A stretch of 64,000 nt of DNA from Candidatus Omnitrophota bacterium (GTDB lineage Bacteria; Omnitrophota; Gorgyraeia; Gygaellales; Profunditerraquicolaceae): assembly GCA_963805065.1 (NCBI GenBank), contig CAWDSS010000010.1, forward strand, positions 792,359 to 856,358. The letters run 5' to 3'. This document shows positions 47,279 to 56,647 of the stretch, piece after piece. Below the pieces are notes generated by a model. That model ran no database searches, was not told the DNA's origin, and was given only the letters and a program-made list of their open reading frames with translations. Position 1 is the stretch's first letter. Every line of letters starts with the position of its first letter. The position numbers and the translations under genes are program-made.

Positions 47279-47470
47279 ATGAATAAGTTAAGAGAAATAA
47301 GGAAACTAAAAGGCCTTACCCAGTACGAACTCGGCAAGGCAATCCGTAAGTATGTCTCATTCATAAGCAACGTTGAAACAGGGAAGTATGACCCGTGGCC
47401 AAATGAAAAAGAAGCTTTAGCTAAGGCTCTGGGCGTTCAGGTAAGCGACATTTTCCCCAAAACGTCCTAA
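47279..47470 (+). CDS. XRE-family HTH regulator
   Basis: LREIRKLKGLTQYELGKAI is a classic HTH_3 pattern. Confidence 0.75.
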   Translation: MNKLREIRKLKGLTQYELGKAIRKYVSFISNVETGKYDPWPNEKEALAKALGVQVSDIFPKTS

Positions 47471-47655
47471 ATCATTTGTGTTTTTTATCATTTTTAATAG
47501 CGAGAGCCAAACCCACACTGGAGACCAAAGGCAGGCCTCCAGCCCCTTCAAGGCGTGTTTGGTTTCTAAGGAGGGAGCACAACGCAGGCGTGCAGACCAC
47601 AGCATAGGCTTGAGTCACTGCTTGGCGCATCTAGCCTGCAAAGACATTATAAACT

Positions 47656-48213
47656 ATGAAAAAACTAACTACCGAGGAGTGCGAGCAGATTGGAATACTT
47701 ACCATTGTGCGGGCGCAGAAATATCATATGTTTAAGATTAGAGAAACGTGGCTTAGACTTGAATTCAACAATGTTTTAGCGCAGAGGCTTGAGGCTATCG
47801 GCCTATACAGCCTAATGCCTAACAGTCCTCTTAGCCTAAGTTTTACCACTTCTAGACTGCATTTTGGTGGTGTGAGATACTGGTTTATCTGTCCTAATTG
47901 CGATAAAAGAGTTGGTAAGTTATTCAAGCCAAAATCCGAACGTGCGTTTTGGTGTCGGCATTGTTATAACCTGACCTATAAATCAACACAGACGCATAAT
48001 CACAGGGTAAACTTGCTCGTAAAGAGGCTAAAGGCTATGGAGGATGAAGCATTTACGCAGGTTAAAAGATTGCTGAGAACACGTAGAGGGTTTGGGGTTT
48101 ATATGAAGGTAGAGGAGAAATTGAACAGGCCTTTTCCCCCACCTCATTGGGTTCGTGGAGACCGCGAGAAGGAAGCATACAATAAATATATTAAGCCGTT
48201 ATTAGAAGGTTAG
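47656..48213 (+). CDS. zinc-ribbon protein of unknown function
   Basis: GGVRYWFICPNCDKRVGKL...FWCRHCYNLTYKS gives two CxxC pairs. Confidence 0.5.
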   Translation: MKKLTTEECEQIGILTIVRAQKYHMFKIRETWLRLEFNNVLAQRLEAIGLYSLMPNSPLSLSFTTSRLHFGGVRYWFICPNCDKRVGKLFKPKSERAFWCRHCYNLTYKSTQTHNHRVNLLVKRLKAMEDEAFTQVKRLLRTRRGFGVYMKVEEKLNRPFPPPHWVRGDREKEAYNKYIKPLLEG

Positions 48214-48425
48214 AAGTTGAGGAATTTAGAAATGGATAACTTAAAGGCTCTGGCAAGTTTCTCTAACGTAGCGAGTTTGACATCACAAGGATGTTTACTC
48301 TCAAGCCTCTGGATATGCTTATAATCAATCTCTGCAAGTCCAGAAAGCTCTTCTTGAGTCAAGTTGTGTTTTAACCTTAATTGGCGAATCCTATGGGAAA
48401 GTTTTACCTTAATGTCCTCGCTCAT
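48210..48425 (-). CDS. XRE-family HTH regulator
   Basis: IRQLRLKHNLTQEELSGLAEI is an HTH_3 pattern. It is the only minus-strand gene inside the island. Confidence 0.75.
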   Translation of the reverse strand: MSEDIKVKLSHRIRQLRLKHNLTQEELSGLAEIDYKHIQRLESKHPCDVKLATLEKLARAFKLSISKFLNF

Positions 48426-48588
48426 AGCGTGAATTTAGCATAAAATAGAAGACATTGACACCTTACCAGTAAGGTGATATATTGTTGTATATATTAAGAT
48501 ATAGAAAAATATGCCTATAGAGTCAAAGTGATTTAAATTTAAGGCAACTCTCAAAGAGGTTGCCTTTTCTGTTGAGAGGAGGCAATGA

Positions 48589-49029
48589 ATGAAGAAGTTA
48601 TTATGTTTGATTACAGTTGTTTCTTTTTTATTTTTAGCGATTGGCTGTTGCACAATAGTTAGCGGTAGGAATCAAAATCTTCCTGTGATATCTACTCCGA
48701 GTGGCGCAAGAGTTATAGTTAATGGTGTTCAGCAACAGTCTCCTTGCACATTAGTATTGGATAGGCAACAACTTTTATATCAAGTTAGGATAGAAAAGGA
48801 TGGTTATGAACCTGTAGAAATAACTTTACGCAGAGGAGTAAATGGTTGGGTATGGGGCAATATTCTGTTTGGTGGTATTATTGGTTTAATAGTCGACATT
48901 TGCACAGGCTCTGTTCATAAATTTACGCCTACAGAAGTGGAAGTAAATTTAGTTCAGAAAAAATTAGGTCTAAATGATTTAAAGAGCAAAGATATACTAT
49001 TTGTTAAATTAGAAGAAGTAAAACATTAG
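48589..49029 (+). CDS. PEGA-domain lipoprotein
   Basis: Lipobox LAIGC. PEGA-like ..GARVIVNGV...PCTLVL......VRIEKDGYEP. C-terminal GNILFGGIIGLIVD segment. Confidence 0.6.
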   Translation: MKKLLCLITVVSFLFLAIGCCTIVSGRNQNLPVISTPSGARVIVNGVQQQSPCTLVLDRQQLLYQVRIEKDGYEPVEITLRRGVNGWVWGNILFGGIIGLIVDICTGSVHKFTPTEVEVNLVQKKLGLNDLKSKDILFVKLEEVKH

Positions 49030-49061
49030 CATTATTCCATCCAAGTCTTATTCAAGCTTGG

Positions 49062-49349
49062 ATGGATGTCTTTATTATTAAGTATATTTCTAAAATGACT
49101 AGAAAACAATTAATAGTTGCTTGGCTTATGGGGATAGCAATTTGCGCTACGTTCTTATTTTATCCTAAACGATATTTCATTAGTGAAAAAGGTTATCAAT
49201 GCTTCTTTGATAAATTGGATAAAGATGATATGTATTATCATAGCGCAATGCCAGTTATGCAATGGGGCTATGTTATTCCCATTTCTCTTTCAATTTTAAT
49301 CATAGGTGGTTTATTAAGCTATACTCTTCGGGAAAGACAAAATAAATAG
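49062..49349 (+). CDS. small two-TM membrane protein
   Basis: Two hydrophobic segments. No motif. Confidence 0.35.
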   Translation: MDVFIIKYISKMTRKQLIVAWLMGIAICATFLFYPKRYFISEKGYQCFFDKLDKDDMYYHSAMPVMQWGYVIPISLSILIIGGLLSYTLRERQNK

Positions 49350-49366
49350 TTAGCATAGGAAACGCT

Positions 49367-50176
49367 ATGAAAAAATATTTGATAATAGTAATATGTTTAT
49401 TGTTGTGCGGATGCGCATCGCCTAGTCTCTATATACGTTCTGATATGGATAGCGACTATAAGCTGGCAAAATCAACAGATAAAATATCGGTATTGATTAT
49501 TGACGATACAGATATAAGAACTCGAGAATTTGGTAAACTATTAATATTCGAAATGAAAAATGCAGGTTTTAATATCGTTGATAACGTGCTGGATTCTAAC
49601 ATTACACTATGCTATACGTTAGACCAAGAAACATCACAAATTGATTTAAGTCTACCAATGACCACTCCTTCTTATACAAAAGGTTCTTTTTCTACCTATG
49701 GAGCCTATGGGAGCGGAAGTGGAACATATTCTCAAACGACCACACAAACACAATATATCCCTTATTCTGTGCCTTTTACAGTCAAGTCAGTGTTAATTTC
49801 GCTTTATCCAACATGGAAATTCGATTTCAAGAAATCTATATGGGAAGGCTATTTAGGGGTAGAAGAAGGAACATTCAAAAAATATGCGAAAGACTGTGTT
49901 AGAATGCTCTTGTCTCATTATGGCGAAAATTTTGATGGTTACGTCCCTTTAACAATAAAAAAGATAAATAATAAGGTGAAAGTCGATATAGAATCTTTTA
50001 ACAATCAGCGTCTTGAAGAAAAAGAAAGAATCAGAAAGAAAATAGCTGACTTTGCTCGTCAACATAAAGATTTTGAAGAACTAAGACCTATTATGTATAA
50101 ACTTTCTTTAGACCCGAAGAATGCAAATCTTACTTTACAGGAATTGTATGATATGGCAAAAAACAAGAAACCCTAA
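49367..50176 (+). CDS. lipoprotein of unknown function
   Basis: Signal peptide with lipobox LLCGCA. Confidence 0.5.
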   Translation: MKKYLIIVICLLLCGCASPSLYIRSDMDSDYKLAKSTDKISVLIIDDTDIRTREFGKLLIFEMKNAGFNIVDNVLDSNITLCYTLDQETSQIDLSLPMTTPSYTKGSFSTYGAYGSGSGTYSQTTTQTQYIPYSVPFTVKSVLISLYPTWKFDFKKSIWEGYLGVEEGTFKKYAKDCVRMLLSHYGENFDGYVPLTIKKINNKVKVDIESFNNQRLEEKERIRKKIADFARQHKDFEELRPIMYKLSLDPKNANLTLQELYDMAKNKKP

Positions 50177-50305
50177 AAAATGTGTGGCGTATAATTTAGG
50201 CATTAGATATAAAATTATTCCTTCTTGGGGGGTGTATAGGGGGTAGGTAAGGCCAGATATTTTTTTATTGATATTTGCTATAGTATATGCTATACTTTAT
50301 TATTG

Positions 50306-50470
50306 ATGGACATCCGCAAGATAAGAAAGAAACTTAACCTTACTCAAGAACAGCTAGCACAAAGATTAGGCGTCTCGTTTACTACGGTTAATAGGTGGGA
50401 GAAAGGCAAGAATGAGCCTAGTCCTCTGGCTCTTAGGGCATTAGAAGAATTGGAGAATAAGATAAAATGA
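50306..50470 (+). CDS. 54-aa HTH protein (not in the ORF track), possible directionality or regulatory factor
   Basis: Translation [39 protein letters not shown].. Its stop overlaps the recombinase start (ATGA). Confidence 0.6.
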   Translation: MDIRKIRKKLNLTQEQLAQRLGVSFTTVNRWEKGKNEPSPLALRALEELENKIK

Positions 50471-52092
50471 AGGTAGCCATTTACGCAAGAGTGTCAACAG
50501 AGAAACAAGAAAAACAGGAAACAGTCCAGTCTCAGCTAGAGGCCTTAAGGGATTACGCTAAGAAGAGTAACTATACCGTTTGTGGAGAGTATATTGACGA
50601 GGGTTACTCTGGCGAGCTGTTAGACAGGCCAGCATTGGACAGGTTAAGAGACGACGCTAAGAAGAAACTCTTTGATATTGTTTTGGTTCATTCTCCAGAC
50701 AGGTTTTCAAGAAAGTTTATTTATCTAGGGCTAGTTCAGGAAGAGTTAAAGAAAAGCGGGGTTAATATCGTTTTCTTGAACAGGCCAGACAGCAAGGATA
50801 CTCCCGAAGATAATCTCTTAAATGGAGTGCAAGGCCTTATTGCTGAGTATGAGAAGGCAAAGATATTAGAGCGCACCCGCAGGGGCAAGCAACATAAAGC
50901 TAGGGCGGGCGTAATAGTTACTAGCATTGCTCCTTATGGGTATCGATATATCCAGAAAGATAAAAGCCAGAATAAAGACGGCTACTATGAGATTAATCCA
51001 GAGGAAGCAACGGTTGTAAGTATGATATTTGACCTCTTCGTCAATAAGCAGATGAGCATTAGAGCGATAGCCAGAGAATTGACCCGACGAGGTATAGCGA
51101 CCCGCAAGGGCAAGCATTGGCGCACAAGCACTCTACACAGGATAATTCGCAATGAGACTTACGCAGGGGTTACTTACTATAATAAGCATATCGCTATGGA
51201 ATCGCTTAAGCCAAGAAAAGATAACGGATACAGAAGGCGCAAGAATTGCAGCTTGCACCTGCGTCCAAGAGAACAATGGATTCCTATTCAATTGCCAGAG
51301 CAGTTAAGGTTGGTCGATAGAGAGACCTTTGATTCAACGCAGAAGCAACTTAAGCGGAATAGCGAATTATCACCTCGCAACGTTAAATATCAATATTTAT
51401 TGAAAGGCCTTTTGCAGTGTGGGGAGTGCAATTCTCCCTATTTAGGTACGCCTTGCCATAGTAAACTGTATTATAGGTGCGGTAACAGACATCGAACATT
51501 CCCCTTGCCTAAAGAGTGCAAGGCGCCGACGCTTAGCGCTCCTATTCTTGAGAATTTAGTTTGGTCTACACTTAGTCAAGCAATACAGCACCCTCAAATA
51601 ATCATTGAGCAGGCTAAGAGGTTGCACTTTAACGAGGGCAAACGGCGCAGAGATACCGAGAAGGAATTAGAGCGGGTAGAAACTGCCTTAGTCAATACGC
51701 AGAAAGAAGAAGATAGGTTGTTAGACGCCTATCGCAGTGAAATTATAACCCAAGAGCAATTAAGGGCGCAGATGGCCAAGATTCAAGAGAAGAAAGACAC
51801 GCTGAGCAAAGAAAAACAGAGATTAAACGAGGTAGTATCTCAAGTTGTGCCAGTAGACCGAGTAAAAAATAGCATAAAAGAGCACTGTAAACTAGTAAAA
51901 CCCCGCCTGAAAAATCTCACTTTTGAGGAAGAGCAACAAATTTTACGCCTACTAGTTAATAAGGTAGTGCTTGAAAGGGATAAAGTTAGAATAAAAGGCG
52001 TAATTCCTCTCTATGGCGAGAATGGTGATATTGCGTCCCAATCATCAGCGCATTATGCCCGCCGGCAACAGCTACCTCCAAAGCCCTTTTAG
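50467..52092 (+). CDS. large serine recombinase (integrase)
   Basis: N-terminal resolvase domain [12 protein letters not shown] (catalytic Ser) and ..SPDRFSR... Recombinase domain, Cys-rich zinc ribbon (CGECNSPY...CGNRH) and coiled coil. The ORF runs across the right att core. Confidence 0.9.
   Translation: MKVAIYARVSTEKQEKQETVQSQLEALRDYAKKSNYTVCGEYIDEGYSGELLDRPALDRLRDDAKKKLFDIVLVHSPDRFSRKFIYLGLVQEELKKSGVNIVFLNRPDSKDTPEDNLLNGVQGLIAEYEKAKILERTRRGKQHKARAGVIVTSIAPYGYRYIQKDKSQNKDGYYEINPEEATVVSMIFDLFVNKQMSIRAIARELTRRGIATRKGKHWRTSTLHRIIRNETYAGVTYYNKHIAMESLKPRKDNGYRRRKNCSLHLRPREQWIPIQLPEQLRLVDRETFDSTQKQLKRNSELSPRNVKYQYLLKGLLQCGECNSPYLGTPCHSKLYYRCGNRHRTFPLPKECKAPTLSAPILENLVWSTLSQAIQHPQIIIEQAKRLHFNEGKRRRDTEKELERVETALVNTQKEEDRLLDAYRSEIITQEQLRAQMAKIQEKKDTLSKEKQRLNEVVSQVVPVDRVKNSIKEHCKLVKPRLKNLTFEEEQQILRLLVNKVVLERDKVRIKGVIPLYGENGDIASQSSAHYARRQQLPPKPF
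52037..52048. repeat. right att core (CCCAATCATCAG)
   Basis: Identical to 40279-40290. Confidence 0.8.
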
Positions 52093-52711
52093 CTAAGTAT
52101 TGACCCTTGACCTCTGAAAAATCCAGTTGGTAACAGGCTTTTTGTTGAAATAAAGATCCCAAATCTAGCGTTAGAGGTTCAATCATAGGATTATGTAAAA
52201 ATTCCACAGCTTGCCTGAGTGTTTGCAATGGGAATACCCGGATGTCCGATACTATGGCTGCTTCTCTGGCATTGTTAAACGGCAGAATGAGATTTTTAAT
52301 CTGCCGGTCCCCGCCGCAATCCGAAGACATAGCAATGCTTATGGCAAGCGCGCCTTGTATTGGCCTTAAAGAACCATCCAAAGACAATTCCCCCAGTACG
52401 CAGTATTTTGTCAACAATTCGCTGTTCAATTGCCTTGTTGCCGCAAGTATCCCCAAGGCAATTGCCAGGTCAAAACACGCGCCCTCTTTCTTGATATCCG
52501 AGGGAGCCAGGCTTATAGTAATCCTCTCGGCAGGCCAATCAAACCCGCAGTTTTTTATGGCTGACTTAACCCTTTCCTTGCTTTCTTTAACTGCAGTATC
52601 AGTCAAGCCGACAAGCGTTACCGCAGGTAAACCCCGGGAAACATCTACCTCGACCTCAACAGGATAAGCTTCTATTCCAAATATACCAAAACTGAATACC
52701 TTGGCCAGCAT
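52037..52711 (-). pseudogene. comM: N-terminal fragment of comM/yifB
   Basis: It reads MLAKVFS..(Lon-protease-like N domain)..[19 protein letters not shown] and then continues into island sequence. Joining it to 40290 restores [16 protein letters not shown] in frame. Confidence 0.85.
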
Positions 52712-52847
52712 GTAAAATCGCCTCCTCTGGTATAATAGACGCTAAATACTACAAAATCTTACAAGAAAAAAGCTTGCTGGCTCCTCAATTTTGTGCTAAT
52801 CTAAACCTTAATAATCGTCCTTTTTATAGCGAAAGCGAGCCTGAAAA

Positions 52848-53435
52848 ATGAAGATAGCAATGAATAAAGGACTGCTTAAAAATATCTTGATTGTGCTTTT
52901 ATCTACTATAATTATCTTCAGTATTTTTAGGTACAAGGTCCTGTTGGATGAAAAATATGCATTAATGAATAACTTAGGCGAGGCAAGGACACAGGTATCT
53001 AACCTGGAAAAAGATAAACAAAACCTGTTGCAGGATATAGAGAAAAGGAAAGAAGCAGAAGAGAGGCTTATCAATGAGACATCAGGGCTAAAAAGCAATC
53101 TTAAGGCCAGTAGAACCAGGATGACAAAGTTGTTTACAGCAAATGACCAAACGCACAAGGCCCTTAACGAGCTAAATTGCCGTTTTTCTTTGCTAAAGAC
53201 TGAGAATGCCGCACTAAAGGAACAACAAGAAAACATGGCCAAGGAAAATGAGGCATTCAGGGTAAAGCTTAGCTCCATTGCGGAGCTTAAAAAGGCAATT
53301 AAGGAATTAAAGAAACACAAAACCCCTGGCATTAAAACCGAAGAAGGAAACCAGGGATTCGTCATGAAGGATGGCCAGCCTACGTATCCAGCTAAAGTAA
53401 AAATAGAAGTAGCCCCTGCCTCTCAAAAAGAATAA
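52848..53435 (+). CDS. membrane-anchored coiled-coil protein
   Basis: One N-terminal TM segment followed by heptad-rich sequence. Confidence 0.45.
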   Translation: MKIAMNKGLLKNILIVLLSTIIIFSIFRYKVLLDEKYALMNNLGEARTQVSNLEKDKQNLLQDIEKRKEAEERLINETSGLKSNLKASRTRMTKLFTANDQTHKALNELNCRFSLLKTENAALKEQQENMAKENEAFRVKLSSIAELKKAIKELKKHKTPGIKTEEGNQGFVMKDGQPTYPAKVKIEVAPASQKE

Positions 53436-53881
53436 TGAAAGACATATTTATAGAAATAGTGCATAATAAGATTTTCATGACTACCCTTGCTGCCTGGTTA
53501 ATCGCCCAGACAGTCAAGGTAAGTATCGGGGTTATAAGGCAGAAGAAATTTGATTTCCGTTGGTTTGTGGGTACAGGCGGCATGCCTTCAAGCCATGCTG
53601 CGGGCGCTTCCTGTTTAGCTACGGCTGTAGGGATTGACTACGGTTTTAATTCTGTATATTTTGCTTTGGCGGCTGCGTTTGCATTAGTAGTAATGTTTGA
53701 TGCACAGGGGGTGCGGCGCGCCAGCGGAAGGCAGGCGCGCATATTAAATAAAATTACGGAAGATATCTATTGGCAGGGTAGAATCGACGAAGATAAGCTG
53801 CGCGAACTTATCGGCCATACGCCGGTTGAAGTCATAGTGGGGTTTCTCTTAGGTGTAATAATAGCTGTTGTTGTCATGTAA
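53435..53881 (+). CDS. divergent PAP2-family (DUF212) membrane protein
   Basis: GGMPSSHAA and FDAQGVRR motifs. Confidence 0.7.
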   Translation: MKDIFIEIVHNKIFMTTLAAWLIAQTVKVSIGVIRQKKFDFRWFVGTGGMPSSHAAGASCLATAVGIDYGFNSVYFALAAAFALVVMFDAQGVRRASGRQARILNKITEDIYWQGRIDEDKLRELIGHTPVEVIVGFLLGVIIAVVVM

Positions 53882-53893
53882 AGGAGGCTTCTC

Positions 53894-54709
53894 GTGAACA
53901 AAAAAATTCTTATAATAATTTCTGCAGCTTGTTTATTAATAATATTTTTTATTGTGTTAAACCTAAAAACCAATAGGCCTGTTTTAAATTCAAAATCCTC
54001 AAACCCTGATTCTGCTTCGGGCATCTTGAACCAGGCAAAAGAGCTTGAAAAAAAGAATGACCTGCTTGGTGCAAAGGAAGCGTACGCCAAATTAGTTAAT
54101 GAATTTCCAAGTTCAGGCGAGGTAATGCATTGGCAGAAAAAAATCGAAGACGCCAACATCAAATTATTATTTTCACCCGTCATAACGCCAAAAAGCGCTG
54201 CTTACGAAATTAAGCCTGGCGATACCTTGGCTAAAATTGCCAGGGAATTCAAAACCACGGTGGATTTGGTTAAAAAAAGCAATAATCTAACAGACGACAG
54301 GATTATCCCGGGAAGAAAGATTAAACTATGGACAGAGTCTTTTAGCATATTGGTGGATAAATCCAATAATATCCTATTGCTTAAGAGCGATGAAGAAGTC
54401 ATCAAGACTTATGTTGTTGCTACGGGTAAGAATAATTCCACTCCCGTAGGCACATTTAAAATTACCACTAAACTCACCAACCCCACCTGGTTTAAAGCAG
54501 GAGCTGTGGTGTCTGCCGGCAGCCCCGAGAACGTATTAGGCACGCGCTGGATGGGATTTGATTTAGCTGGTTACGGTATACACGGCACAACCGACCCTCA
54601 AACTCTCGGTAAGCAGGTTACCCAGGGTTGTGTTCGCATGGCTAATCCTGAAGTAGAGGAATTGTATATAATAGTGCCCGTAGGTACAGAAGTGACAATA
54701 GTTGATTAG
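53894..54709 (+). CDS. LysM plus YkuD L,D-transpeptidase
   Basis: LysM: YEIKPGDTLAKIAREF. YkuD active site: IHGT....G..VTQGCVRM. Confidence 0.8.
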   Translation: MNKKILIIISAACLLIIFFIVLNLKTNRPVLNSKSSNPDSASGILNQAKELEKKNDLLGAKEAYAKLVNEFPSSGEVMHWQKKIEDANIKLLFSPVITPKSAAYEIKPGDTLAKIAREFKTTVDLVKKSNNLTDDRIIPGRKIKLWTESFSILVDKSNNILLLKSDEEVIKTYVVATGKNNSTPVGTFKITTKLTNPTWFKAGAVVSAGSPENVLGTRWMGFDLAGYGIHGTTDPQTLGKQVTQGCVRMANPEVEELYIIVPVGTEVTIVD

Positions 54710-54715
54710 GAGCCC

Positions 54716-55663
54716 ATGGCTGGACTAGATTTTGAAAAACCCATTGCAGAGCTGGAAAATAAAATCCAGGAATTAAAAACTTTTGTTTCGGATAAGAAGA
54801 TTGATTTATCCAGCGAAATCAGGCGCCTGGAAGATAAGCTGGAGCACCTGAAAAAAGAAACTTATACCAATTTGACCGCCTGGCAGAGGGTACAGTTAGC
54901 CAGGCACCCGCAAAGGCCATATACACTGGATTATATCGGCTTGCTGATGACGGATTTTATAGAGTTGCATGGTGACAGGGCGTTTGCCGACGATAAAGCA
55001 ATGGTCTGCGGCCTTGCCAAGATTGATAAACAGAAAATCGTGGTTATGGGGCATCAAAAAGGAAGAGACACAAAGGAGAATCTCAGGCGTAATTTCGGCT
55101 GTGCCCATCCTGAAGGCTACCGTAAGGCCTTAAGGATTATGGAATTGGCGCAGGAGTTTTCTCTGCCGATTATTATATTTATAGACACGCCCGGTGCCTA
55201 TCCTGGGGTAGGCGCTGAAGAACGCGGCCAGTCGCAGGCAATAGCAGTAAATTTAAGAGAAATGATACGCGTAGATGTGCCGATTATTGCCACCGTAATA
55301 GGAGAGGGTGGCTCCGGCGGAGCTTTAGGCATAGGCGTGGCAGACAGGGTCTGCGTATTAGAGAATGCCTATTATTCGGTTATATCACCTGAGGGGTGTG
55401 CTGCGATATTATGGAAAGACGGGGCAAAAGCACCCCTGGCAGCAGAGGTATTAAAATTAACCGCACCGGATTTACTGAAGATGGGCCTGATTGAAGAAAT
55501 CATCCCCGAACCATTGGGCGGCGCTCACCGTGACCCGCAAAACATGGCTGCCACACTTAAGGAAGTCATAACAAGGAACCTTAAGGAACTACAAGAACTA
55601 AGTAAGGAAGATTTGTTAAAGTTAAGGTATAAAAAATACAGAAGCATTGGTATGGTAGCATGA
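54716..55663 (+). CDS. accA: acetyl-CoA carboxylase carboxyltransferase alpha subunit
   Basis: [22 protein letters not shown] and [10 protein letters not shown]. Confidence 0.9.
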   Translation: MAGLDFEKPIAELENKIQELKTFVSDKKIDLSSEIRRLEDKLEHLKKETYTNLTAWQRVQLARHPQRPYTLDYIGLLMTDFIELHGDRAFADDKAMVCGLAKIDKQKIVVMGHQKGRDTKENLRRNFGCAHPEGYRKALRIMELAQEFSLPIIIFIDTPGAYPGVGAEERGQSQAIAVNLREMIRVDVPIIATVIGEGGSGGALGIGVADRVCVLENAYYSVISPEGCAAILWKDGAKAPLAAEVLKLTAPDLLKMGLIEEIIPEPLGGAHRDPQNMAATLKEVITRNLKELQELSKEDLLKLRYKKYRSIGMVA

Positions 55664-55743
55664 ACCCCCGCACCTTCTATGAATTCAGTAATTTAAGAAC
55701 GAACAGGTGCAGGGTTCATAGAAAGTAAAGAAGGTGCGGGGTG
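55661..55743 (+). repeat. ~80-nt inverted-repeat element, copy 1 (arms CCCCGCACCTTCT / AGAAGGTGCGGGG)
   Basis: Left arm 55666-55678, degenerate middle copy 55705-55718, right arm 55729-55741. The right arm contains the SD-like GAAGGTG and the GTG start of padR. Confidence 0.8.
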
Positions 55744-56250
55744 AATGAGCAAGAATTAATACTATTAGGCCTGCTTAAAGAAAGCCCCAAGCACGGTTAT
55801 GATATAAAGCTTAAAATCAAGGAAATCCTTTCCTTATTTGGCATAGATTTAAAATCAATATATTACCCCTTAAGGCTGCTGGAAAGAAAAGGCCTGGTAA
55901 CTAAACGCGCAGGCAAAGTCGGCAACAGGCCGAAACGTTTTGTATATTCTTTAACCTCTAAGGGGGAAAGCCGGTTTAATGAACTCTTGAACAAAAGTTT
56001 TCTCAATTTCACCCGTCCCCGTTTTACGCTGGACTTAAGCCTGTATTTCCTGCGTTATATAAAATCCTCCATTGCCAAGCGCAGATTGCGCGGCCGCATG
56101 CGTGTATTGAAAAACCTTTCCCGGGGATTAAGACAATTGATACATGCCAAAAAAAATAAGTCCTCTCCTATGGCCCATATCTTGGAACACAACCTGCGGT
56201 TGTTAGAAGCAGAATACAACTTCCTCTGGGAATTAACCAAAACATTATAA
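55741..56250 (+). CDS. PadR-family transcriptional regulator
   Basis: ILLGLLKESPKHGYDIK....IYYPLRLLERKGLV is a typical PadR wHTH. GTG start. Confidence 0.8.
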   Translation: MNEQELILLGLLKESPKHGYDIKLKIKEILSLFGIDLKSIYYPLRLLERKGLVTKRAGKVGNRPKRFVYSLTSKGESRFNELLNKSFLNFTRPRFTLDLSLYFLRYIKSSIAKRRLRGRMRVLKNLSRGLRQLIHAKKNKSSPMAHILEHNLRLLEAEYNFLWELTKTL

Positions 56251-56282
56251 GCCAAGAGGACAAATCAGCCCCCCAAAATCTC

Positions 56283-56312
56283 TTGACAAAACTATTGTGA
56301 TAATGGTAAAAT
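56283..56312 (+). promoter_or_regulatory. putative promoter (TTGACA, 18-nt spacer, TAAAAT) sharing a 15-nt block with 24821-24835
   Basis: Read directly. Confidence 0.4.
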
Positions 56313-56352
56313 CCAAATAGTAAAATTTTACTATATTTTTAAAGGTTTAACC

Positions 56353-56640
56353 ATGGATTGGGAAAGCCAGACGCAGGAAAAATTCAGGTTGTTTATTTCT
56401 AAGATCCCGGTTTTTCACCGCCACATTACAGAAGTGGCGGTAACCAGGAAAGCCCAGGAAAACGCCTTGCAAAGGAAGGCCTTAAAAATAGAAGAAGAGG
56501 ATGTCATCAGTGCATTTTTCTCCGATGTCCCCTCGCCTTTTTATAGCATGATGGTCAGGCTATTGGACCAAACAGGATTTGATTACAAGAAATACGGATT
56601 CCCTAAAAAGACTAAAGAACGAAAGAACGTAGAAACTTAA
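56353..56640 (+). CDS. small protein with a PCP_red-like domain (tentative)
   Basis: W..Q.QEKF...ISKIPVFHRH..E....KAQENA loosely resembles the protochlorophyllide-reductase C-terminal domain. Confidence 0.35.
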   Translation: MDWESQTQEKFRLFISKIPVFHRHITEVAVTRKAQENALQRKALKIEEEDVISAFFSDVPSPFYSMMVRLLDQTGFDYKKYGFPKKTKERKNVET

Positions 56641-56647
56641 GAACTAA

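Larger units (their letters stand above)
40279..52048. mobile_element. integrative element of about 11.8 kb inserted in comM, with a large serine recombinase
   Basis: The two halves of comM flank it. The 12-bp direct repeat CCCAATCATCAG occurs at both junctions. A recombinase gene sits at the right end. The interior is visibly more AT-rich. Confidence 0.85.

Noticed and set aside
47478-47735. 85-aa ORF in the GC-rich spacer of the island
   Set aside because: It has no SD, overlaps the better-supported zinc-ribbon gene start, and has a composition driven by the stem-forming GC-rich sequence.
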